Below are positions 20,381 to 28,605 of a stretch of DNA of 64,000 nucleotides, one piece after another. A program made the translations under genes and the position numbers. Source of the DNA: Gemmatimonadota bacterium (GTDB lineage: Bacteria; Gemmatimonadota; Gemmatimonadetes; Gemmatimonadales; GWC2-71-9); the NCBI GenBank assembly GCA_036679645.1, contig JAZDCY010000056.1, positions 75,911 through 139,910 of the forward strand, written 5' to 3'. The notes under the pieces are model-generated. The model made no database searches. It was not told the origin of the DNA and saw nothing but the letters and a program-made list of their open reading frames with translations. The number at the start of each line of letters is the position of its first letter. Positions within the stretch are counted from its first letter, which is position 1.

Positions 20381-21259
20381 GTGGCGCCTAGCTTCGCCCT
20401 TATGGATGCACCCCACCTCATCATCTCGAACCCGCCGCATGACGCGGGGGATCTGCGACCGGTAGCCCCCTGCTTCGGCCTCAGCGTGGCCGAAGTCAGG
20501 ATGAAAACGAACTACCGGGTGCCGGAGATCTGGTTCGCGGAAAGAGATCCGCACGAGGTCGAGCCGATCAACGCACTGCTCACCGAAGCCGGCCTAAAGA
20601 CCGTCGTCCGGACACAGATGGACCTCGCCCAAGTTCCGCCGCAAACCCAGGTCGAGTCCTTTTCGTTTGCCGAGACGGGTTTGGTTGCTCGTTGGGACGA
20701 TAGCGAAGTGACCATACCATACGACGCCGAAACTATCGCCGTGTTCTGCCAGCCGGGTGGAGATGTCGCGGAATCGGAGTCGAGCGGCCGCGGTCTCTCG
20801 GCACGGTTGTCTCACGGCAGCGCCTACACCGGCACACACGGCCGATCCAGCCTGTCGTCGCTCGCGTCACAACTCTCCGCGACGCATAGCTCGACCTTTC
20901 TGGATCTTTACGTGGCCCTCGACGGTGATTTGCAGCGAATCTCGTTCGTCGAGGCGACGGTCGACTTCGCGGGGTTGCACATGCGGCTCCCGCGAGCGAC
21001 GGACAACATGGTGATGTTCGTTGCCGAATGCGAAGATCGGTTTACCAACGCCCAGTTTGACCGACGCCTCGTTGGCATGCTGCTACGCAAGCGGCGGACG
21101 GCACCCACGCAGCCGCCGCCACAAACGTCTGGGCAACGGCGCCGTCTCTCTTTTGCCACGCCGGCGTTGACCGATCTGCTCGAGAAGGTCTCGGATGATT
21201 TGAAGGACGCGTCTCAGCCGGATTTCTCGTCCCGACTGGTCTATCTGACGAAGCGGTAG
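20381..21259 (+). CDS. hypothetical protein
   Basis: 292-aa ORF on the same strand, 44 nt after the PilX-like gene. I recognise no signal peptide or motif. An alternative start exists at the MDAPHL Met. Confidence 0.5.
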   Translation: MAPSFALMDAPHLIISNPPHDAGDLRPVAPCFGLSVAEVRMKTNYRVPEIWFAERDPHEVEPINALLTEAGLKTVVRTQMDLAQVPPQTQVESFSFAETGLVARWDDSEVTIPYDAETIAVFCQPGGDVAESESSGRGLSARLSHGSAYTGTHGRSSLSSLASQLSATHSSTFLDLYVALDGDLQRISFVEATVDFAGLHMRLPRATDNMVMFVAECEDRFTNAQFDRRLVGMLLRKRRTAPTQPPPQTSGQRRRLSFATPALTDLLEKVSDDLKDASQPDFSSRLVYLTKR

Positions 21260-21269
21260 AGGCATTTGA

Positions 21270-21804
21270 TCGCGGCTAAAGCCGCGGCTCGGCTGGTGTC
21301 ACTAAAGTGACGTTAGGGCGGTGGAATGATGATGGTCGCGCGCGGCCGGGATCGCATCCTACACGTATGCGTGACCGGATCTTCGTGCACATCGCGTGGA
21401 CCACCCGAGATCGAGAGCGGACGATGGATCGGCGTGTGGCGGCGTTCCTCGTCGAGGCACTGCCGATCATCGCGAGACAGGAACGCGCGGTCATCCTCGA
21501 GATCGGGATAGTCCGGACCCACCTCCACCTACTCGTTCGACTACATCCAACAACGACGATACCCCGCTTGATGCAGCGGATGAAGGGCGGTACGTCGATT
21601 GTGGCCAACCGGGACGGGATCGCCACGCGCGAGCTGCGTTGGGCCAAGGGCTACAACATCGACTCGGTCAATCCACGAGGCCTCGAGACGGTCCGTCTCT
21701 ATATCCGCAACCAGGCCCTGCGTCACCCCGACGAGGCAATCCCTGACTGGAGCCCCCCACACGTCGCTTCAGCGACATCAGCCGAGTCGCGGCTTTAGCC
21801 GTGG
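21270..21804 (+). mobile_element. RAYT unit: IS200/IS605-type Y1 transposase gene bracketed by inverted 43-bp REP-like double hairpins
   Basis: The reverse complement of 21270..21312 matches 21762..21804 at 36 of 43 positions (counted by hand). Each arm holds two hairpins: GTCAC-TAAA-GTGAC / GTCGC-TTCA-GCGAC and CGCGGC-TAAA-GCCGCG / GCGGC-TTTA-GCCG. Confidence 0.75.
21307..21798 (+). CDS. REP-associated tyrosine transposase (IS200/IS605 Y1 family)
   Basis: HUH motif in VRTHLHLLV and catalytic-Tyr region RLYIRNQALRHP. The likely true start is ATG 21367 (MRDRIFVHIAWTT). The stop codon TAG (21796-98) sits in the loop of the right terminal hairpin. Confidence 0.8.
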   Translation: MTLGRWNDDGRARPGSHPTRMRDRIFVHIAWTTRDRERTMDRRVAAFLVEALPIIARQERAVILEIGIVRTHLHLLVRLHPTTTIPRLMQRMKGGTSIVANRDGIATRELRWAKGYNIDSVNPRGLETVRLYIRNQALRHPDEAIPDWSPPHVASATSAESRL

Positions 21805-21841
21805 AAACCCGGCGGCGAAAACCCTATCTTCTTCCGGACCC

Positions 21842-24448
21842 GTGACCTCCACCGACCGTCTCAAGACCGCCCTCGCCAACCGCTACAAGATTGAGCGGGA
21901 GATCGGCAGTGGCGGCATGGCGACGGTCTACCTCGCCGAGGACCTGAAGCATCACCGTCAGGTGGCGGTGAAGGTGTTGCGCCCCGATCTCGCCGCCACG
22001 CTCGGCCCCGAGCGGTTCATTCGCGAGATCGAGACGGCCGCGCGACTCGAGCACCCGCACATCCTGACACTCATCGACTCGGGTGAGGCGGACGGATTTC
22101 TCTTCTTCGTCATGCCGTTCGTCCGGGGCGAGTCGCTGCGCGAGAAGTTGAACCACGGTGAACTCCCCATTAGCGAGGCCGTGCGCATTCTCCGGGACGT
22201 GGCCGATGCCCTGGCCTACGCGCACGGCGAGGGCCTCATCCACCGCGATGTGAAACCCGACAACGTGCTGCTTTCCGGTCATCACGCAGTCATCACAGAT
22301 TTCGGCGTAGCCAAGGCCGTGAGCGAGGCAACGGGACGCCAGCATATCACGACCGCGGGCGTGGCACTTGGGACGCCTACGTACATGGCACCGGAACAAG
22401 CGTCTGCCGACCCCAACGTCGACCATCGTGCCGATATCTACGCCCTCGGGTTGCTCGCCTATGAGATGCTGACAGGTAGCCCGCCGTTTACAGGACCGAC
22501 GCAGCAGGCCGTGCTGGCGGCGCACATCACGCAAGCGCCGGCGCCGGTGACCGATATGCGCGAGGCCATTCCTGCTGCGCTGGCCGAGTTGGTGATGAAG
22601 TGCCTCGAGAAGAAGCCCGCCGATCGCTGGCAGCGCGCGGAGGACATTCTCACCCGGCTCGATGTGGCGGCTACGCCCAGCATGGGCGTCACGCCCACGG
22701 ATACGCGACCCATCCAGGCCATGCCCGCTGGGCGCACCCGGAGAAACGCCGCCATTCTGGGGGGCGCGGTCGTCGTCGCGGCCGTGGCGGTCGGGGTGAT
22801 CCTGCTTCCGGACGGCGGCTCCCCGTTGGTGCAGGACCGCGTCGTCGTCGGCCTATTCGAGAACGAAACCGGTGACGCGGCGCTCGACCCGATCGGGAAG
22901 ATGGCGGCCGACTGGATCACGCAGGGACTCCAGCGGACGGGGTCTGTCGATGTGATCGCATCCCCGACGGCGCTCCAGGCATCGAACTACGTGCGCGCCG
23001 AGTTGGAGGCGGGACGCGTGGCCGATCCCGTCGAAGCATTGGCGCGCGAAACGCGGGCAGGAATGGTCGTCTCAGGCACCTACTATCGGGACGGTAACAA
23101 CATCCGTCTCCAAGTGCAGATCACAGACGCCGCGCGCGGGAAGTTGATCGGCACGCTCGACCCCGTGATCCGCCACCAAGACTCCGTAACCAGCGGCATC
23201 GAGGCGGTACGCGAGCGTGTCATGGGACTGCTGGCCGTCACCTTGGACGAACGGATCGCCGGTGGGGCCGTGGCGACGGCTCGCCCCCCAACATTCGAAG
23301 CGTACCGCGCGTTCAACGATGGGCTCGAGCGGTACCTCGCGAACAGCAGTGACTCTAGCGCCGCGGCCGCGTTCCACCTCGCGTTCGAGCGGGACACCTC
23401 GTTCCTCGTACCGCTGATCTACGCGGCGCTAGTAGAGCGCAACGCCGGCAGGTACGACGAAATGGATGCGACGACCCGCATCCTCGAGGCGCGTCGCGCC
23501 GAGTTGTCCGACTACCATCAGGCGTGGGTGGATTACAACCGCGCGCGTGTCGACGGAGACAATGAAGCGGCGTATCGCCATATCCGAAGGGCTGCCCAGC
23601 TCGCGCCGGGGTCGAAATCCGTTTACAACACGGCGTTCATTGCCGTGGAGACCAACAGGCCACGGGCCGCACTAGAACGACTCGCACAGCTGGATCCGGA
23701 GCGCGCCCCAATGCGCGGGTGGAGGGACTACTGGCAGGTATTTACCGGGGCAAACCATTTGGTGGGAGAGTTCTCAGCCGAGCTAGAGGCAGCGCGGCGC
23801 GGCAAAATACAGTATCTCGACGCACCCGTTTTTCTGTACTCGGAACTCGTCGCGCTCGCAGCACTCGGGCAACTCGACACGCTCTTGGCACTCATGCCGG
23901 AGGCGGCGGCGAGCACGTCACCCGCCGAGTGGGCGGAACGGCTGAACGGCGTCGTCAACGAAGTTGCTGCCCACCAGCCTGACCGTGCGGGGCCCATGGT
24001 GGATAGCGCCGTTGCCTGGTTTGAGCGCAGGCCGGAACGCGAGCGCTCGGAGCAGTGGTACCGCAACCAGTACCAATTGGCGCTGGCGCGTGCGGGCCGG
24101 CTCGAAGAGAGCAAGGCGATCCTCCAGGACCTCGCGCGGGAGTACCCCGACCAATGGAGTCTGCGCGCGAATCTGGGCGTCCTCACAGCGCACATGGGCG
24201 GCCGCGCTGCAGCGGAGGACCTGTCCGACTGGCTCGCGCAACTCGACCTGCCGCACCTGCGCGGCGCGCACACCGCATGGCGCGCGAGAATCGCGGCGTA
24301 TCTGGACCAACCGGAGGTCGCAGTTCAACTGCTGCGTCAGTCAATTCGCGAGGGGCAGTCCTATTTGTGGATGCACCGCGATCCCGCCTTCGTGGAAGGA
24401 CTCGCCAATTACACTCCTTTTCAGGAGTTGTTGCGACCAAAGGGGTAG
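21842..24448 (+). CDS. Ser/Thr protein kinase with a TM segment and a large extracytoplasmic/TPR-like C-terminal region
   Basis: GTG at 21842. Kinase motifs: GSGGMATVYLA, VAVKVL, HRDVKPDNVLL, DFGVAK, GTPTYMAPE. TM segment: AAILGGAVVVAAVAVGVILL. The ORF-track start at 21599 overlaps the RAYT gene. Confidence 0.85.
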   Translation: MTSTDRLKTALANRYKIEREIGSGGMATVYLAEDLKHHRQVAVKVLRPDLAATLGPERFIREIETAARLEHPHILTLIDSGEADGFLFFVMPFVRGESLREKLNHGELPISEAVRILRDVADALAYAHGEGLIHRDVKPDNVLLSGHHAVITDFGVAKAVSEATGRQHITTAGVALGTPTYMAPEQASADPNVDHRADIYALGLLAYEMLTGSPPFTGPTQQAVLAAHITQAPAPVTDMREAIPAALAELVMKCLEKKPADRWQRAEDILTRLDVAATPSMGVTPTDTRPIQAMPAGRTRRNAAILGGAVVVAAVAVGVILLPDGGSPLVQDRVVVGLFENETGDAALDPIGKMAADWITQGLQRTGSVDVIASPTALQASNYVRAELEAGRVADPVEALARETRAGMVVSGTYYRDGNNIRLQVQITDAARGKLIGTLDPVIRHQDSVTSGIEAVRERVMGLLAVTLDERIAGGAVATARPPTFEAYRAFNDGLERYLANSSDSSAAAAFHLAFERDTSFLVPLIYAALVERNAGRYDEMDATTRILEARRAELSDYHQAWVDYNRARVDGDNEAAYRHIRRAAQLAPGSKSVYNTAFIAVETNRPRAALERLAQLDPERAPMRGWRDYWQVFTGANHLVGEFSAELEAARRGKIQYLDAPVFLYSELVALAALGQLDTLLALMPEAAASTSPAEWAERLNGVVNEVAAHQPDRAGPMVDSAVAWFERRPERERSEQWYRNQYQLALARAGRLEESKAILQDLAREYPDQWSLRANLGVLTAHMGGRAAAEDLSDWLAQLDLPHLRGAHTAWRARIAAYLDQPEVAVQLLRQSIREGQSYLWMHRDPAFVEGLANYTPFQELLRPKG

Positions 24449-24468
24449 CTGGAAACGCGTCTGTGCTC

Positions 24469-24993
24469 CTACTGAAACCTCCTCACATTCCTCCCCCCCG
24501 AACCCCTACCCAGCTTCTCCTCCAGCGTCACCAACCGCGCCCGCGGCGGGATACCCGGCTCCAGCTCCATGAGGCCGATAGACGGCAACGCCTTGAGTCG
24601 CGACCGGCCCGACGCACCGGGGTTCATGACCGTCACCGTATCGTCCAGGAACTCCAGCACCGGCTCGTGCGTGTGGCCGTAGACCAGGATGTCGGCTTCG
24701 GGAAACTCGCGACGCAACGTATCGGGATCGAGCTGGCCAAACTGATCGCCGTGCGTGACCGTGATGTAGCAACCGTCCAGCTCCAGCTTGGCAATCCGCG
24801 GACAGCGGTCGCGAACGTCGAATCCGTCGGTATTGCCGTAAACAGCCGTGACGGGCGCGATCGTTTCCAATTCCGCGAGCAACTCGGCCGGCCCTATGTC
24901 GCCGGCATGCAGGATATGATCCACTTCCTCGAACATCTCGAAGATGCCGGGACGCAGCACACCGTGCGTGTCGGCGAGGATACCTAAGCGCAT
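24469..24993 (-). CDS. YfcE/MJ0936-type metallophosphoesterase
   Basis: 174 aa with MRLGILADTHG, HAGDIG, GNTDG, THGDQ and VYGHTHEP motifs. Confidence 0.85.
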   Translation of the reverse strand: MRLGILADTHGVLRPGIFEMFEEVDHILHAGDIGPAELLAELETIAPVTAVYGNTDGFDVRDRCPRIAKLELDGCYITVTHGDQFGQLDPDTLRREFPEADILVYGHTHEPVLEFLDDTVTVMNPGASGRSRLKALPSIGLMELEPGIPPRARLVTLEEKLGRGSGGRNVRRFQ

Positions 24994-25175
24994 CCCGTCA
25001 CTGACCTCGGCGGTTGGGTGTTGGTGTTTGGTGCGGATGCGTCGGCGGCTTCTTGGGCGACGGCCGCCGCACCCGCTGAGGGCGGGACTTCTTCACGGGC
25101 CCGGTCTTGGTCGACCCTGCCCTCTCCCCCCCACCCACCACTACGCGTCTAGGCGTCTTCGCGTCCCCCTGTCAA

Positions 25176-25263
25176 CTGAGCATCTGAGCACCTGAGCACC
25201 TGAGCACCTGAGCGTCTGAGCACCTGAGCGTCTGAGCAGCTGAGCGCCTGAGCACCTGAGCGT
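25176..25263. repeat. 8-bp tandem repeat, 11 copies (consensus CTGAGCAC)
   Basis: Read directly: ctgagcat, ctgagcac x3, ctgagcgt, ctgagcac, ctgagcgt, ctgagcag, ctgagcgc, ctgagcac, ctgagcgt. The array ends exactly at the ubiE-like stop codon (25264-66). Confidence 0.95.
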
Positions 25264-26007
25264 CTACACGGCACCCCAGTGCACCGCCACGATCCCCATC
25301 GTCAGCCGCTCGTACCCCACATCCTGAAACCCCGTATCCTCCATCAATCTCGCCAGATCGTCCGGCGCGGGAAAGCGCAACACGGACTGTGGCAGATACG
25401 TATAGGCTTCTCTATGTTTCGACACGATTCGTCCGATCAGCGGAAGCACGCGCCGGAAGTAGAAGAGGTAGACCGGACGGATCGGCCACGCGCTGGGCGT
25501 CGTGAACTCGAGAATGACGGCTCGCGCGCCTGGTTGCAACACCCGCCGCAGCTCTGTGAACCCCGACCGGAGGTCGACGAGATTCCGCACGCCGAATCCG
25601 ACGGTCACTCCGGCGAACGACGCATCCGGAAACGGGAGCTGCAGCGTGTCGGCACCAACCGGCTCCAAGCCCGGTACCTTGCCTCGACCCAGCTGCAGCA
25701 TAGGGACGACAAAGTCGGCGCCCACCACCCGACCGCTGAAGCCATCGCGTCGCGCCAGCTCGGCCGCGAGATCGAGTGTCCCCGCGCACGCGTCGAGATA
25801 GGTGCCGTCCGGCACACGCTCCCAGCCCAGCCGATCGACCGCGCGGCGGCGCCATCTCTTGTCGACGTTGAGGCTCAGGAGATGGTTGAGCAGGTCGTAC
25901 CGCGGAGCGATGGCGGTGAACATGTTCCGCACGTACGAACGCCTCTCGGCCGGCGGCAGCGGGGTCTCCACGGCAGGCGTCATGGGGCGGAAAGATACGA
26001 ACCGCAC
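25264..26007 (-). CDS. ubiE: demethylmenaquinone/ubiquinone C-methyltransferase
   Basis: MFTAIAPRYDLLNHLLSLNVDKRWRR plus the SAM-binding YLDACAGTLDL. The start may be the downstream Met (MTPAVE). Confidence 0.9.
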   Translation of the reverse strand: MRFVSFRPMTPAVETPLPPAERRSYVRNMFTAIAPRYDLLNHLLSLNVDKRWRRRAVDRLGWERVPDGTYLDACAGTLDLAAELARRDGFSGRVVGADFVVPMLQLGRGKVPGLEPVGADTLQLPFPDASFAGVTVGFGVRNLVDLRSGFTELRRVLQPGARAVILEFTTPSAWPIRPVYLFYFRRVLPLIGRIVSKHREAYTYLPQSVLRFPAPDDLARLMEDTGFQDVGYERLTMGIVAVHWGAV

Positions 26008-26024
26008 CGCGCACGTATCAACCG

Positions 26025-26630
26025 GTGACCACGCCGCTCCCGGAGCTCATCGAAGCCAGCGACCGCGACATCGTCATCGCGGCCCAGGAAGGCCGCGAGT
26101 CGGCATTCCGCGAGCTGATCCGGCGCTACCAGCGGCCCGTATTCTCGCTCATCTATCGCATGGTCCGGGACCGGGAGCTGGCCGAAGATCTGGCGCAGGA
26201 GACGTTCATCAAGGTCCTAAACGCGGTCGATTCCTACCGGCCGGAACACAAATTCTCATCGTGGATATTCAAGATCGCGAACAACGCGGCTATCGATCAG
26301 CTGCGGCGCCGCCAGCTCGATACGCTCTCGCTCGAGGGCGCTCCCGATGCAATCACGCAGGAACGGCAGGCGGCGACCGCCCTTCAGCTCAGCTCGGGTG
26401 GTGAATCCCCGCTGGACGAGCTGGAAGCGCGGGAGCTGGGATCGCAGATCGAAGCGGCGATAGCCCGGCTGAGACCGGAATACCGGGCATGTATCATCCT
26501 GCGACATGTCGAAGGGCGCCCTTACGATGAGATCGCCGAGACGCTAGGACTTCCTCTCGGCACGGTGAAGACCTACATCCACCGAGCCCGGGGAGAGCTG
26601 CGCGAATACCTCGACCCGCTGCGCGAGTGA
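26025..26630 (+). CDS. ECF-type RNA polymerase sigma factor
   Basis: 201 aa. Region 2: FRELIRRYQRPVFSLIYRMVRDRELAEDLAQETFIKV. Region 4: ILRHVEGRPYDEIAETLGLPLGTVKTYIHRAR. Confidence 0.9.
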   Translation: MTTPLPELIEASDRDIVIAAQEGRESAFRELIRRYQRPVFSLIYRMVRDRELAEDLAQETFIKVLNAVDSYRPEHKFSSWIFKIANNAAIDQLRRRQLDTLSLEGAPDAITQERQAATALQLSSGGESPLDELEARELGSQIEAAIARLRPEYRACIILRHVEGRPYDEIAETLGLPLGTVKTYIHRARGELREYLDPLRE

Positions 26631-26764
26631 CGGCCGCCGATGCCATCATCGAACCCGGATTTGTTGCAGAGAGGGACAAAGCATACAGAGGGGAATGTGA
26701 CAGAAATCACCCGCGGGAAACCTGTTGAAACCTCACGATCGGGACACCGTAATGGGGGGCAGAT

Positions 26765-27283
26765 ATGAACGACGATACTCGACATCCGACACCGCCCGGC
26801 GATACGCCGGCGCTGGACAGACTGCTGGCCGGCCTGGGGCGGCTGAGCCCCGGACGCGGCTTCGAGCAGAAGGTGCTGGCGCTCGTCCGCATCCCGCTGC
26901 CCAAATGGGCCTGGCGAATCCGTGAGACGTTTCGCGGGCTCACCTCAGGTCCTCGGGGCTGGGTCATTCTGGGAACGCTGTCGCTGGCAACCGCGACGGC
27001 GTGGTTCGGCACTGCGGCTTTTGCCTTCCGGTTTCGCCATGACGCGGAGCCGTACGTAAGCAGAGGCAGTGACATCCTCACAAGAATCGTCGAGCCGGTC
27101 TGGGGCGAGATGCTCGCCCTTGGTGCGGCTCAGCGTGATGCCTTTGGCAACTCCGTCACGAACGCGTTCGGGGGATTGGGAGTCTCCTGGCCGGTGCTCG
27201 CAATCGGCTACGGCGTGCTCGTCGTGGTCAGCGCGATCGGCCTCAGGCTCCTCATGAACCGGCACGCCAAGGTGGATGGTTAA
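26765..27283 (+). CDS. membrane protein downstream of the ECF sigma (possible anti-sigma, unproven)
   Basis: 172 aa with two hydrophobic segments (WVILGTLSLATATAWFGTAAFAF and VSWPVLAIGYGVLVVSAIGL). No zf-HC2 motif seen. Confidence 0.55.
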   Translation: MNDDTRHPTPPGDTPALDRLLAGLGRLSPGRGFEQKVLALVRIPLPKWAWRIRETFRGLTSGPRGWVILGTLSLATATAWFGTAAFAFRFRHDAEPYVSRGSDILTRIVEPVWGEMLALGAAQRDAFGNSVTNAFGGLGVSWPVLAIGYGVLVVVSAIGLRLLMNRHAKVDG

Positions 27284-28605
27284 CACTATGTGGCATAACA
27301 CTTTTCGTGGGTTCGTCGGCCTCGCGGCGGTTGCCGTTGTGGCTCCATCTGCGGCTGCGCAACGCGCCGAGGTCGTGGGATACTCCCTCTCGACATCGTC
27401 CCGGGAAGCGCTCCTCACCTTCCATCTGACCGATGGAGCGACGCTGCCGGTCGGCCTTGTCGGCGGTACGGTGCGGATCGGCGAGGCCGCCGTGGGCGGC
27501 TACTCCCCTGGCGGGCAGCTCGAGTCTCAGTGGCGTGCCTTCCTGAATCAGTCCGCGGTCCTGTCGACCGCCGAGCTAATCGCGGCGGTCCACGAATGGG
27601 CGCCGGATGGTCTGGGCGATGGCGACCGGGAATCTGCCGGGATGCTGCGCGAGCTGTTCGTCCAGCTCCAGGCGGCCGCGATTACCACCCGGTTTCCGGC
27701 GGTCCCGCCCGTCCCGCAGATAGCCGGTGTTGGCAAAGTCAACCCGGCGATGGCGGGGGAAATCGCTGACGATGTGGTTGTCGCGACCGAGCTGGCAACT
27801 CGCATTGCAGAGGCGGTCGCTGGGGCGAGCGAAGCCCGCGAGCGCGCGTCGGGGGCCAGGGCGCTGCGCGACCGGATTCGCAACACGGTGCGGACGCGCG
27901 TGCGCGGCAATACGCGGGATCGGGTTCAGCTTACATTCGGCGACCACGAGTCCCGGTCGGTCGGGGCCGTCGGACCCGTCGAAGCCGCCTGGCATGGGCT
28001 GCTTGGCGTCCTGGGAACGTTCGTGGCCCTGATGGGTGTGGGCTTTGGCGTGAGCTTCTTTGCCGACCGGCAGCTAGACGTCATGGCGGACACGGTGCAG
28101 AACTCGTTTGGCCGGTCGTTCTATGCTGGTGGGACTCACGCTCACCGTGATCGGCGTCCTGGTCATACCGATGGCGATAATAGCGTTCGTCGCCGCTCTG
28201 GCCGCTGCCGTCGCCGGCGGGTATCTGGCCGTCGCCCGGGTCGCCGGGGCCAAGTTCCTGTCCCGGAAACAACAGGACTACGGGGTCGAGGGTGCTGGCA
28301 TGTTGCGGTCCCTCGCCTACGGCGTCGGCATCCTCCTGGCCATCTGGCTCCCAGCCGTGCTCCTGGGGTCGGCACCGGTTGCCGGATCGATCCTGACATG
28401 GACTGCCGTTGCAGCCACGTGGGGACTGGCCACGACGGGCTTTGGCGCCGCCATTCTGACGCGCGGTGGTCTGCGCGGCACCTTTGGACAGCGGTTCGCG
28501 CCGCATGCAATCGCCCCCGATCACGTCTTCGCCGAACCTCTCGAAGACCCGCTGGCGACCAAGGTCGACACGGCCGAGTGGCTGGCAGAGGGAAGCCGGA
28601 AGTGA
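27276..28605 (+). pseudogene. secreted/multi-TM membrane protein with an apparent frame change near 28078..28125 (pseudogene or sequencing error)
   Basis: Frame 0 (27276 onward) reads as a signal peptide plus a sensible domain up to ...VSFFADRQLDVMADTVQNSFGRSF, then becomes Arg-rich nonsense. The next frame (ORF 28108..28605) continues with plausible TM helices MLVGLTLTVIGVLVIPMAIIAFVAALAAAV. That frame has a TAG at 28075-77. Confidence 0.5.

Noticed and set aside
21599-21841. Upstream extension of the kinase ORF (949-aa version)
   Set aside because: It overlaps the RAYT gene and the right REP hairpins. Kinase-like sequence starts only after the GTG at 21842.
24944-25195. 83-aa plus-strand ORF running into the tandem repeat
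   Set aside because: It is Arg/Pro-rich and overlaps the start of the phosphoesterase gene in antisense. It ends in out-of-frame repeat units.
25176-25263. Possible CRISPR array
   Set aside because: The units are 8 bp and contiguous with no spacers, and there are no cas genes nearby. It is a simple tandem repeat.
26700-26760. ECF-type promoter-like motif (TGAAAC-N16-CGTAAT) between the sigma gene and the downstream genes
   Set aside because: It is a single weak match found by eye. There is no independent support, and the position downstream of the sigma gene is atypical.
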